The notes under the pieces are model-generated. The model was not told where the DNA came from. It did not search any database and saw nothing but the letters and a program-made list of their open reading frames with translations. A program made the translations under genes and the position numbers. Positions 26,754-35,371 of a DNA stretch of 64,000 bases are shown piece after piece; the first letter of the stretch is position 1, and each line of letters starts with the position of its first letter. The DNA comes from Patescibacteria group bacterium (lineage in GTDB: Bacteria > Patescibacteriota > Minisyncoccia > Phycocordibacterales > JAACPR01). The stretch spans positions 291,379-355,378 of the forward strand of contig JAKLEX010000001.1 of the NCBI GenBank assembly GCA_022711495.1, read 5' to 3'.

Positions 26754-27386
26754 ATGTATAAGAAAAAGGTGCAGAAAATAATTGTCGGTATAGATGAGGT
26801 CGGTCGCGGCCCGTTGGCGGGACCGGTTTCAGTCTGTGTTTTAAAGATGTTAGCGGGGAATTATGGCCGATTTCTAAAATCGCTCGAAAGAAAATTTTTG
26901 CGTGATTCAAAAAAATTATCAGAAAAAAAGAGACAGACTTGGTTTTCTAAAATAAGAAGATGGCAAAAGGAAGAGCTTTTGGATTTTTCTTATCAAACGG
27001 TTTCGGCCCGAGAGATTGACCGCATTGGTATTAGCTCGGCCATTGCCAAAGCTTTAAATGCCGGACTTCGGGAATTGCGAATTCCGAGTAGCGCGGCTAT
27101 TTTATTAGACGGGTCTTTGTTCGCGCCAAAAAGATTTAAAAAACAAAAGACCATTATTCGTGGCGATGAAAAGGAACCAATCATCTCCTTAGCTTCTATT
27201 GTGGCTAAAGTTCGGCGTGATGATTTTATGGTTCGGTTGGCGAAGAAATCTCCTAAAAAATATCGCCAATATGATTTTAAAAATAATAAAGGTTATGGAA
27301 CTCTGGCCCATCGCCGGGCGATTAGAAAACTTGGACTAAGTTCTATTCATAGAAAGAGTTTTTGTAAGGGGATAATAAGTGTTTAA
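26754..27386 (+). CDS. rnhB: ribonuclease HII
   Basis: IVGIDEVGRGPLAGPV at the N-terminus carries the RNase HII D-E-D active-site signature. Confidence 0.85.
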   Translation: MYKKKVQKIIVGIDEVGRGPLAGPVSVCVLKMLAGNYGRFLKSLERKFLRDSKKLSEKKRQTWFSKIRRWQKEELLDFSYQTVSAREIDRIGISSAIAKALNAGLRELRIPSSAAILLDGSLFAPKRFKKQKTIIRGDEKEPIISLASIVAKVRRDDFMVRLAKKSPKKYRQYDFKNNKGYGTLAHRRAIRKLGLSSIHRKSFCKGIISV

Positions 27387-27437
27387 ACCCACAGCTACTT
27401 GCCTTTGTTTTTTGCTTCTGCTAAACTCTTGGTCACT

Positions 27438-27656
27438 ATGGTTGTAAGAATGCGTAGCAATAGTTCTCATACGGGTAATCGCCGATCTCATATTAAATTG
27501 AGCAAGCCGGCGTTAACTCGCGACCAAAATGGCGCTCTATCGTTGCGCCATCGTGTTTCTCCGATTTCTGGAATGTACAAAGGAAAACAGGTTCTTGATT
27601 TAACTAAGAAGCTTACTAAGAAAGCCAAGAAGATAGAAGAGACAGAAAAGAAATAG
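27438..27656 (+). CDS. rpmF: 50S ribosomal protein bL32 (cysteine-free form)
   Basis: RRSHIKLSKPAL...LRHRVSPISGMYKGKQVL aligns with the bL32 consensus RRSHxALxxPAL..C..CG...LxHRVCPxCGYYKGxxV. All four zinc-ligand positions are substituted. Start taken at the MVVRMRS codon. Confidence 0.6.
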   Translation: MVVRMRSNSSHTGNRRSHIKLSKPALTRDQNGALSLRHRVSPISGMYKGKQVLDLTKKLTKKAKKIEETEKK

Positions 27657-27657
27657 G

Positions 27658-27717
27658 AAATTGGCAAAACACTTTTGAGAGACTCTCGCGTGTCTCGAAA
27701 AAGTGTTTTGCCAATTT
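27658..27717. terminator. giant near-perfect hairpin (about 27 bp stem) between rpmF and nusB; likely terminator/palindromic repeat
   Basis: AAATTGGCAAAACACTTTTGAGAGAC-tctcgcgt-GTCTCGAAAAAGTGTTTTGCCAATTT. A T-rich tract follows. The centre shares the core GCGAGAGTCTCTCAAAA with the element at 18535. Confidence 0.5.
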
Positions 27718-27768
27718 TCCCTTTACTTTTCTGTATAAAAAGTTAAAATTGTCCTGTACCTTAAAAGC

Positions 27769-28683
27769 ATGGCGAATCGGCACCTTTCACGATCAATAGT
27801 GTTGCAGTCTCTCTTCGAATGGGATTTTCGGGGAGATGCCAAATTTGATGTTGATGAAACTATTTTGCGCAATGCTACGGAATTTGCTCCGGGAATCAGC
27901 GACGCGCCCTTTATGAAGAAGTTGCTTGAAACAGTTCTGGCCAAAAAATCCGAGCTGGATAAAATTATTACCAAAGCCGCGCCCGATTGGCCCCTAGATA
28001 AAATCTCCATTGTTGATAGAAATATTTTGCGTATTGGTCTGGCCGAACTGCTTTTTGCTGACCGAGAAGAAGTCCCGTCTAAAGTCGCCATAAACGAAGC
28101 TATTGAATTGGCTAAAACTTTCGGCGGCGAATCTTCCAGTAAGTTTGTTAACGGCGTTTTAGGCGCAGTTTATAAAGAGCTGGGAGAGCCAGGTAAAGAC
28201 GAATCAAAATCCAAAAAGCGTCGCGATATACCTTTTGAACAGATGCCTGTTGAGAAAAAGGCCGGCGCGGTTATTTATTCTGTTCATGACGGAGGAATCT
28301 ATATTGCTTTGGTGCATGATGTTTTCGGCCACTGGACTTTATCAAAAGGTGGAATTGAGTCTGGTGAAACCGACGAGGTCGGGGCCGTTCGCGCCATTAA
28401 GCAAGAACTTGGTCTGGACATAGAAATCGTTGACAGAATCGGGGAGAACGAATACGTTGCCAATCATCCGGAAAAAGGACAGCACCGTAAGCAAGTTGTT
28501 TACTTTTTAGCCAAGTCCAAATTTGAAGAACTTAAATTGAGTCAGTCTGGCGGTCTTGATAACGCGCAGTGGTTTAAGCTGGCCGACATCCTTGACCTTA
28601 ATTTTTATGATGATATTCTGCCTCTAGTTACTAAGGCGTTGAAGAAATTAGCGGAAATAAATGTCCGAGTAACGACTACTTAA
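27769..28683 (+). CDS. nusB: NusB-NUDIX fusion protein (N-terminal NusB antitermination fold, C-terminal NUDIX hydrolase-like domain with degenerate Nudix box)
   Basis: The N-terminal 130 aa are NusB-like (SRSIVLQSLFEWDF...RNILRIGLAELLF). A lysine-rich linker follows. The C-terminus has GGIESGETDEVGAVRAIKQELGL, matching GX5EX7R.UX.EXGU with REUxEE replaced by RAIKQE. Confidence 0.6.
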   Translation: MANRHLSRSIVLQSLFEWDFRGDAKFDVDETILRNATEFAPGISDAPFMKKLLETVLAKKSELDKIITKAAPDWPLDKISIVDRNILRIGLAELLFADREEVPSKVAINEAIELAKTFGGESSSKFVNGVLGAVYKELGEPGKDESKSKKRRDIPFEQMPVEKKAGAVIYSVHDGGIYIALVHDVFGHWTLSKGGIESGETDEVGAVRAIKQELGLDIEIVDRIGENEYVANHPEKGQHRKQVVYFLAKSKFEELKLSQSGGLDNAQWFKLADILDLNFYDDILPLVTKALKKLAEINVRVTTT

Positions 28684-29379
28684 ATGAATTACAAAAAAAT
28701 AGCTGAAAAGCTCGGCGTAGATTTTAATGATGAGAGTCTGTTAAAACAGGCTTTTACTCACCGTTCTTATTTGAATGAAAACCGCGGCAGCAATCTTCAA
28801 CATAATGAACGTCTGGAATTTTTAGGTGACGCGGTTATGGAACTGGCTACAACCGATTACTTATATCGTAGCTTTCCGAATAAAACCGAGGGCGATCTGA
28901 CGGCTTTACGCGCTTCGCTGGTCAACACCCAAACGATTTCCAATGTCGCCAACGAGCTTGGTTTAAATGAATATTTGTTGTTATCTAAAGGTGAAGCTAA
29001 AGATCGGGGTCGTGCTCGACAATATATTTTAGCCAACACTTTTGAATCAATTATTGGCGCCATTTATCTGGATCAAGGGTACGAACGAGCCAAATTATTT
29101 ATTTATCAAAACCTTATGAGTCGATTGGAAGAAATTCTAACTCAAGGTTCTTGGATTGACGCCAAAAGCAAATTACAAGAAATAGTTCAAGAAAAATTAG
29201 GAATTACTCCGACTTACAAAACTATAAAAGAAGAAGGCCCGGACCATGACAAAAAGTTCACTGTTGCCCTATTCTATGGCGAAAAAGAAATCAATATTGG
29301 TCAGGGGAAATCCAAACAGGAAGCCGAACAAAGTGTGGCTCAGAAGGTGTTGCTGGAAGAAGCCGCTTCTTCAAAATAA
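28684..29379 (+). CDS. rnc: ribonuclease III
   Basis: ERLEFLGDAV is the RNase III signature. A C-terminal dsRBD is present. Confidence 0.9.
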   Translation: MNYKKIAEKLGVDFNDESLLKQAFTHRSYLNENRGSNLQHNERLEFLGDAVMELATTDYLYRSFPNKTEGDLTALRASLVNTQTISNVANELGLNEYLLLSKGEAKDRGRARQYILANTFESIIGAIYLDQGYERAKLFIYQNLMSRLEEILTQGSWIDAKSKLQEIVQEKLGITPTYKTIKEEGPDHDKKFTVALFYGEKEINIGQGKSKQEAEQSVAQKVLLEEAASSK

Positions 29380-29406
29380 ATTCGGCTCTGTTATAATACC
29401 TTTCTA

Positions 29407-31650
29407 ATGTACCTGAAAGAGCTAGAAATCCTCGGTTTCAAGTCCTTTGCCAAAAAGGCGAATCTCAAATTCAATTTTCCCATTTCCGCTATTGTTGGAC
29501 CGAATGGTTCGGGCAAATCAAACATTGCCGAGGCCTTTCGTTTTGTTCTTGGTGAGCAGTCTTTTAAATCCATGCGCGGGAAAAGAGGTGAAGACTTAAT
29601 TTTTAGCGGTACGCCGACTCTGCCCAGACAATCCCGAGCTTCTGTTAAACTAGTTTTTGATAATTCCAGAAAGATTTTGCCGGTTGATTTTGAGGACGTT
29701 ACCTTAGAGAGAATTGTTCATCGAGATGGCATAAATCAGTACATAATTAATGGCTCGGAGGTTCGCTTGAAAGATCTAATTGAACTTTTGGCCTCGGCCA
29801 ATATTGGTTCTAGCGGCCACCATATTATTTCTCAAGGCGAAGCGGACCGCATTTTAAGCTCAAGTCCAAAAGAGAGGAAGACCATGCTAGAAGACGCTCT
29901 CGGACTTAAAATTTTTCAATATAAAAAAGTTGAAAGCGAAAGAAAACTGATCAAAACGGAGGAAAATATCAAACAGGTTCAGTCGTTGAGAAGGGAGATT
30001 GCTCCACATATTAAATTCCTGAAAAAGCAAGTTGAGAAGATAGAAGAGGGCGAGAAGTTAAAGGGAACTTTGCTGACTTTTTACAAAGAGTATTTGAAGA
30101 CTGAAACCGAGTATTTGAAATCTAAAAAAGCCGAACTTGGAAAAAATATTGATGGTCCGCAAAAACGTTTGCGCGAAATAGCCACAGAAATCGCCGCTGC
30201 GGAAAAGTTAACGCAAAATCAAACTCATCATGATTTGACGATTAAGATAAAAGATCTAGAGAATCAGATCTCTTCTATTACCAAAGAAAAAGAAGATCTG
30301 TTGAAAGAAGATGGCCGAATTGAAGGACAGCTTTCTTCTTTAACAAGACTTATTGAAAAACAAAAAGCTGAAGATAAATCGGTCTCATTAACCAAGTCGG
30401 AGCTTAATGAAATTAAAAATAAAATTGAAGACCTTGATAAAGAATCCGCCGGAGCTTCAGACGTGGCCATTTTGCGAGAGGTTGTTAAGAAAATTATCAA
30501 TTTCGTCAAAGAGTTTTTGATCAGTAAAATAGCCGGTCATGGTCCAGTGGACGAGATGCAAGCGGAAGTCGAGAAATGTCGCGAGAGAAAAGAGGAAATT
30601 AATTCGGCGCTTGATTCCATAAAAAACCGAGAAAGTTTTTGCCGCGAGGAAATTAAAAATCTTCGACAAAAGTTAGATCAAGACAAATCAAGCTCTTTGG
30701 CGGCCGAAAAAAAGATTGTCACATTAATGTCAGAGAAAAATGACATTCAACAGGAGATTTCTAAACATTCCATTGCTATAGACACGCTCAATCGCGACGA
30801 GACGGCCTTCAAGCAGGAATTGACCGAAGCTGTTGTCTTGGTCGGTCGAGAGGTCTTAAATTACGAGTCTGCGCCTATTTCCGTCGAAAGCCCTGAAATT
30901 TCCAGAGAAGAGCAGCTTGAAAAGCGCAAAAAATTGGAACGCCTGAAAATTCGTGTTGAAGAATCAGCTGGCGGCGTGGTCAGCGAGGACGTCCTGCGCG
31001 AATATAAAGACGCGTCCGAACGAGATGAATTTTTAGCTCGGGAGATTGAAGACCTGGAGAAATCCTCTATTTCTCTAAAAAGTCTGATTGAAGAACTTGG
31101 ACAGAAAATTGAAACTAAGTTTCACGAGGGCGTAGCAAAAATAAACAATGAATTTCAAAAGTTCTTTGAACTAATGTTCGGCGGCGGTACGGCCGGAATC
31201 AAAGTTATAAAGACTGAAATCCGCCGAAGAAAAGAAACTGACTTGTCGTTTGATGAAGGCGACCTTGAATCGGCACCGGAGGAAGAAGAGGAACCAGAAG
31301 AGGGAATTGACATAAAAGTTAATTTGCCAAGAAAAAAGATAAACGGCCTGATGATGCTTTCCGGTGGAGAAAGAGCTCTAACTTCCATTGCCTTGTTGTT
31401 TGCTATTTCTCAAGTTAATCCACCACCGTTCATTATTTTGGATGAAACTGACGCCGCTCTCGATGAAGCCAACAGCCGAAAATATGGCGATATGATAGAA
31501 AATCTTTCCAAAAGTTCTCAGCTAATTTTAATTACTCATAATCGCGAAACTATGAGTCGCGCCGGTGTTTTATACGGAGTTACCATGATCGGCGGAGCTT
31601 CTCAGCTGTTGTCAGTGGCTTTTGACGAAGGAACTCAGTGGGCAAAGTAG
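29407..31650 (+). CDS. smc: SMC-family chromosome segregation ATPase (short, 747 aa)
   Basis: N-terminal Walker A GPNGSGKSN. A long coiled coil. C-terminal LSGGERALTSIALLFA signature with Walker B ILDETDAALD. An acidic insertion EEEEEPEEG is present. No obvious hinge glycine motif was found. Confidence 0.65.
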   Translation: MYLKELEILGFKSFAKKANLKFNFPISAIVGPNGSGKSNIAEAFRFVLGEQSFKSMRGKRGEDLIFSGTPTLPRQSRASVKLVFDNSRKILPVDFEDVTLERIVHRDGINQYIINGSEVRLKDLIELLASANIGSSGHHIISQGEADRILSSSPKERKTMLEDALGLKIFQYKKVESERKLIKTEENIKQVQSLRREIAPHIKFLKKQVEKIEEGEKLKGTLLTFYKEYLKTETEYLKSKKAELGKNIDGPQKRLREIATEIAAAEKLTQNQTHHDLTIKIKDLENQISSITKEKEDLLKEDGRIEGQLSSLTRLIEKQKAEDKSVSLTKSELNEIKNKIEDLDKESAGASDVAILREVVKKIINFVKEFLISKIAGHGPVDEMQAEVEKCRERKEEINSALDSIKNRESFCREEIKNLRQKLDQDKSSSLAAEKKIVTLMSEKNDIQQEISKHSIAIDTLNRDETAFKQELTEAVVLVGREVLNYESAPISVESPEISREEQLEKRKKLERLKIRVEESAGGVVSEDVLREYKDASERDEFLAREIEDLEKSSISLKSLIEELGQKIETKFHEGVAKINNEFQKFFELMFGGGTAGIKVIKTEIRRRKETDLSFDEGDLESAPEEEEEPEEGIDIKVNLPRKKINGLMMLSGGERALTSIALLFAISQVNPPPFIILDETDAALDEANSRKYGDMIENLSKSSQLILITHNRETMSRAGVLYGVTMIGGASQLLSVAFDEGTQWAK

Positions 31651-31669
31651 AGATATCGGCTCCAGTGGA

Positions 31670-33619
31670 TTATCGCACCAAACTCATGTTAATGGCATTA
31701 CGATCCATGTCAATTGAGTCAATTTTTACTTTGACGGAATCCATCAATTTAAAGACTTTTTTAGTTTTGTCGCCGACTATTTGATATTTATTCTCTTCTA
31801 ATCTGAAGTAATCGCTGCCAAGTTTTGAAATATGAACCATTCCTTCTGACAGAGTATCTTTTAACTGAACGTAAACTCCCCACGAAGCCACGCCAGAAAT
31901 TACTCCATCAAAAATTTCTCCGATATGATTGGCCATATACTCGGCTTGTTTGTATTTTATTGATTCTCTTTCTGCTTCAGCCGCGGCGATTTCTCTTTCA
32001 GTGGCCAATTCGGCTCCTCTTTCCAGTCGCAGAATTTCTTTTTTATCTAATTTCTGATCGTTTAAAAATTTTTCTAAAATCCGATGAACTAGCAAATCAG
32101 GGTATCTTCGAATTGGAGAAGTAAAGTGAGTGTAGTGTTCAAAAGCCAAGCCGAAATGCCCGGTGTTTTCGGTTGAATAAATCGCTTTGCTCATCGTCTT
32201 TACGGCGGCCGATTTTATCAATTGTTCTTCGTCTCTTCCCTCAATCTCGGCGAACAAATCGTTTAAATCTTTGGCCGAAATTTCACCGGCGGAATTTGTC
32301 TTTAAGTGATAACCAAGGGCCTTCAAGAAAATCGCCAGATCGGAAATTTTTTCTTTGCTTGGAACATCGTGAACGCGGTACATCAGGGTGTTTTGCTCAC
32401 CGCCTAATTTTTGACCCCTGTCATGGATGAATTTAGCGACTTCGCGGTTAGACAAGAGCATCATATTTTCTACCAATTTGTGAGTTTCTAGTGGCTCCTT
32501 TTTGATTATCTGGATTGGTCGGCCATCTTTGTCCAAGACGAATTTTATTTCATCTTTTTCAAATTCAATGGCGCCTTCCAATTTATTTTTCTTATTCAAA
32601 ATTTTTGCTAGACGATTTAATGTTTCCAGTTCTTCGTAAAAAGGACCCTGTTTAGCATCTAATACCGCTTGAGCTTCCTCATAAGTGAATCTTTTTTTTG
32701 ATTTTATGATTGTCTTGCCAAACCAGCGATTGGTAACTTTGCCGTCATTGGTCATTTCAAAAATTGAACTGAAAGAAAGTTTTTCTTCGTTAGGATTAAG
32801 GCTGCACAAATCGTTGGATAGAATTTCTGGCAACATCGGAATTGTTCTGTCCACCAAGTAAACCGACGAACCTCTTTGGAAAGCTTCTTCGTCAAGAGCG
32901 GTACCCAACCTAACATAATGCGATACGTCGGCGATATGAACTCCGATTTCAAGATTGCCATTGGCCAGTTGTTTGTAGTGAATGGCGTCGTCAAAGTCTT
33001 TCGCATCAATCGGGTCAATGGTCATGACATTTTCATCACGCAAATCGCGTCTTTTGCGAATTTCGTCCTCAGGAATTTTCGACCAGTTTATTTTCAATTG
33101 TTCGGCTTCTGCTTCAACCGCTGTTGGGAATCTGGAATCAAATCCCTTTTCAAAAATTATTGACTGTATTTCAACTTCATGAATTCCTTTCTGGCCGAAA
33201 ACTTTTAATAAACTGACCTCCGGGCCCGGTTCGCCCTTATCCCAGCGCACAAACTTAACCAGGACCTTATCGTTTTGTTTAACTTTCTCCGAATCGGAAT
33301 TTGTCAAAATGAAATCGGTGTAAATTTTAGGATTGGCCGGTTTGATGGTTGAGATATTTTCGTTTTTTTGTACAGTGCCGACAAATTGTTCTCTGGCCCG
33401 ACTCAAAATTGCGACCACTTCGGCTAACAATCTATCGTTATCACGCTCACCGGTTAGAACAACCCTGACCTTATCTCCCGGCAGGGCGGTGTTTATCTTG
33501 TCTGCTTTTATGAGGATGTCTTCGCCGCCTTGCGGGTTCTCAATAAAACCTAAGCCTTTTCCCGTAGTGGAAATTTTGCCTTCTATTTCTCTTTTTCCTT
33601 TAGTCATATTTATTATCAT
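31670..33619 (-). CDS. rnr: ribonuclease R (RNB-family 3'-5' exoribonuclease)
   Basis: N-terminal cold-shock/OB domains. RNB catalytic motif IDPIDAKDFDDAIH. C-terminal S1 domain. Confidence 0.85.
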   Translation of the reverse strand: MIINMTKGKREIEGKISTTGKGLGFIENPQGGEDILIKADKINTALPGDKVRVVLTGERDNDRLLAEVVAILSRAREQFVGTVQKNENISTIKPANPKIYTDFILTNSDSEKVKQNDKVLVKFVRWDKGEPGPEVSLLKVFGQKGIHEVEIQSIIFEKGFDSRFPTAVEAEAEQLKINWSKIPEDEIRKRRDLRDENVMTIDPIDAKDFDDAIHYKQLANGNLEIGVHIADVSHYVRLGTALDEEAFQRGSSVYLVDRTIPMLPEILSNDLCSLNPNEEKLSFSSIFEMTNDGKVTNRWFGKTIIKSKKRFTYEEAQAVLDAKQGPFYEELETLNRLAKILNKKNKLEGAIEFEKDEIKFVLDKDGRPIQIIKKEPLETHKLVENMMLLSNREVAKFIHDRGQKLGGEQNTLMYRVHDVPSKEKISDLAIFLKALGYHLKTNSAGEISAKDLNDLFAEIEGRDEEQLIKSAAVKTMSKAIYSTENTGHFGLAFEHYTHFTSPIRRYPDLLVHRILEKFLNDQKLDKKEILRLERGAELATEREIAAAEAERESIKYKQAEYMANHIGEIFDGVISGVASWGVYVQLKDTLSEGMVHISKLGSDYFRLEENKYQIVGDKTKKVFKLMDSVKVKIDSIDMDRNAINMSLVR

Positions 33620-33666
33620 AAAACTGTATCAGATTTATGTTGACGAGACAAAGGAGACTTGCTAGT

Positions 33667-34077
33667 ATGACGCACATGTTAATGATAAGGTTGCAACGAG
33701 TTGGCAAGAAGAACGAACCGACTTTTCGCATTGTTTTGACCGATTCAAAGAATAGCTCAAAAAGCGGAAAGTTTTTGGAAGTTTTAGGCTCTTATGACGC
33801 TCGAGATAAAAACCAAACCAAAATTGATTCTGACAGAGCTCAATACTGGATATCAAAAGGGGCCAAACTTTCGGATACCATAAACAACCTTTTTATAAAT
33901 AAGAAAATTATTGTTGGTAAAAAAATCAATGTTTTGCCGAAGAAAAGCCCAATCAAAAAAGAAGTAAAAGCCGAAGAGGGTGCCGCACCCAAAACTCCTG
34001 AAGTCGCCGGTGTTCAGACCGAATCTAAACCGAAAGAGGAGCCAAAGGAAGGACCAAAAGAAAAGCCGATTGTTTAA
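33667..34077 (+). CDS. rpsP: 30S ribosomal protein bS16 with Lys/Glu/Pro-rich C-terminal extension
   Basis: MIRLQRVGKKNEPTFRIVL matches the bS16 N-terminus. An AAAGGAG RBS sits 9 nt upstream of the ATG at 33667. The C-terminal tail is roughly 55 aa and rich in lysine, glutamate and proline (KPKEEPKEGPKEKP). Confidence 0.8.
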   Translation: MTHMLMIRLQRVGKKNEPTFRIVLTDSKNSSKSGKFLEVLGSYDARDKNQTKIDSDRAQYWISKGAKLSDTINNLFINKKIIVGKKINVLPKKSPIKKEVKAEEGAAPKTPEVAGVQTESKPKEEPKEGPKEKPIV

Positions 34078-34154
34078 CTCCTAACTTGTATTATAATATC
34101 CAGCAAGCAGTTACCGACTCGGGCGCTGCCATTATTGGTCTAATCAGATAGAAA

Positions 34155-34463
34155 ATGTCAGGAAGAGAACTAGATTATCAATTTTTGGAGTATGTAGTCA
34201 AAACTCTCGTTGATAATCCAAAAGATGTAAAAATTGATAGAACGGTTGATGAAATGGGCGTGTTGTTGACGCTGACGGTTAATCCGGAAGATATGGGCAA
34301 GATAATCGGACGACAGGGAAATACCGCCAAGGCCATTAGAACCCTTTTGAGAGTTGTCGGCATGAAAAATAATGCTCGCGTTAATCTAAAAATAAATGAG
34401 CCGGAAGGTGGTAAGAAATCGGCCACTTCGGTTGACGAGGCGGTTGAAGATTTGAAGCTGTAA
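34155..34463 (+). CDS. KH-domain RNA-binding protein (YlqC/UPF0109 family)
   Basis: IGRQGNTAKAIRTLL carries the GxxG KH loop. Its position directly after rpsP is conserved. Confidence 0.75.
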   Translation: MSGRELDYQFLEYVVKTLVDNPKDVKIDRTVDEMGVLLTLTVNPEDMGKIIGRQGNTAKAIRTLLRVVGMKNNARVNLKINEPEGGKKSATSVDEAVEDLKL

Positions 34464-34503
34464 AAAACCCAATCAAAACCTCTAAACTATTTTTTCGAGA
34501 TGT

Positions 34504-34538
34504 GCGTCAGCTCCCCCAGTAGGGAGCTGCGCTTTTTT
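34504..34538 (+). terminator. rho-independent terminator after the KH gene
   Basis: GCGTCAGCTCCC-ccagta-GGGAGCTGCGC forms a hairpin followed by TTTTTT. Confidence 0.6.
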
Positions 34539-34656
34539 GGGACGATTTTTCACCTTCGGTGAAACCAAGAAGAATCATCCTGCGGAAGTTTCTTAAAAAG
34601 TGTTTGGAATTATTTATTTGTTTTATAGTTTGAAATGAGCTAATCTGAACTTTAAT

Positions 34657-35298
34657 ATGAATTTCCATATAATCTCACTTTTTCCAAATTCCATGAGCTC
34701 TTATATTAAGGAGTCTATTATCGGTCGCGCCATAAAGGATAAAAAAATTAGAGTTAAATTTTATAACCCAAGAGATTTTACCAGGGACAAATGGCGCCGG
34801 ATTGATCAAAAGCCGTATGGCGGTGGACCGGGCATGGTTATTCAAGCCGAGCCGGTTATTCGCGCAATCTCCAAGGCCATTGCTCGAAAAAATAAATACA
34901 AAATTGTTTTTCTGTCTCCTGGCGGTAAGCAGTTTGATACTAAAACCGCTCGACAAATCGCCCAATCTATAAAAGATTTGGTAATCATCGCCGGCCGCTA
35001 TGAAGGGATCGATGAAAGGGTTAATAAAGTTTTTAAGACCGAGAAAATTTCCGTTGGTCCGTATGTTTTGACTGGCGGGGAATTGCCGGCCCTGATTTTG
35101 GTTGATTCAATTTCTCGCCAGATTGAGGGCGTTTTGGGCAACGATTTGTCATTAGAAGAACGGCGGATTTCTTCAAACAAAGTTTATACGCGTCCGGAGA
35201 TCTTCAAAATAAAAGATAAAAATTACCGTGTGCCAAAAGTTCTTCTAAGCGGTGACCATAAGAAAATCAACATGTGGAAAAACGCCGGTAACAAATAA
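34657..35298 (+). CDS. trmD: tRNA (guanine37-N1)-methyltransferase TrmD
   Basis: SPOUT knot motifs YGGGPGMV and IAGRYEGIDERV are present. Confidence 0.9.
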   Translation: MNFHIISLFPNSMSSYIKESIIGRAIKDKKIRVKFYNPRDFTRDKWRRIDQKPYGGGPGMVIQAEPVIRAISKAIARKNKYKIVFLSPGGKQFDTKTARQIAQSIKDLVIIAGRYEGIDERVNKVFKTEKISVGPYVLTGGELPALILVDSISRQIEGVLGNDLSLEERRISSNKVYTRPEIFKIKDKNYRVPKVLLSGDHKKINMWKNAGNK

Positions 35299-35371
35299 AG
35301 ACGCATTTTGCTCGTCGTGGTACAATATCCACATAGGTTTTTATAATTTAGTTCACAATATAATTATCCTC

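Noticed and set aside
33640-33668. TTGACG-17-TAGTAT promoter-like hexamers immediately upstream of rpsP
   Set aside because: They overlap the RBS and start codon. A transcript starting there would lack the Shine-Dalgarno site. Probably fortuitous.
35252-35371. Upstream 40 codons of the pilin ORF (MTIRKSTCGKTPVTNKDAF...) as the true N-terminus
   Set aside because: This part overlaps the end of trmD in another frame and would place about 55 residues before the prepilin cleavage site. The ATG at 35372 gives a canonical 14 aa leader.
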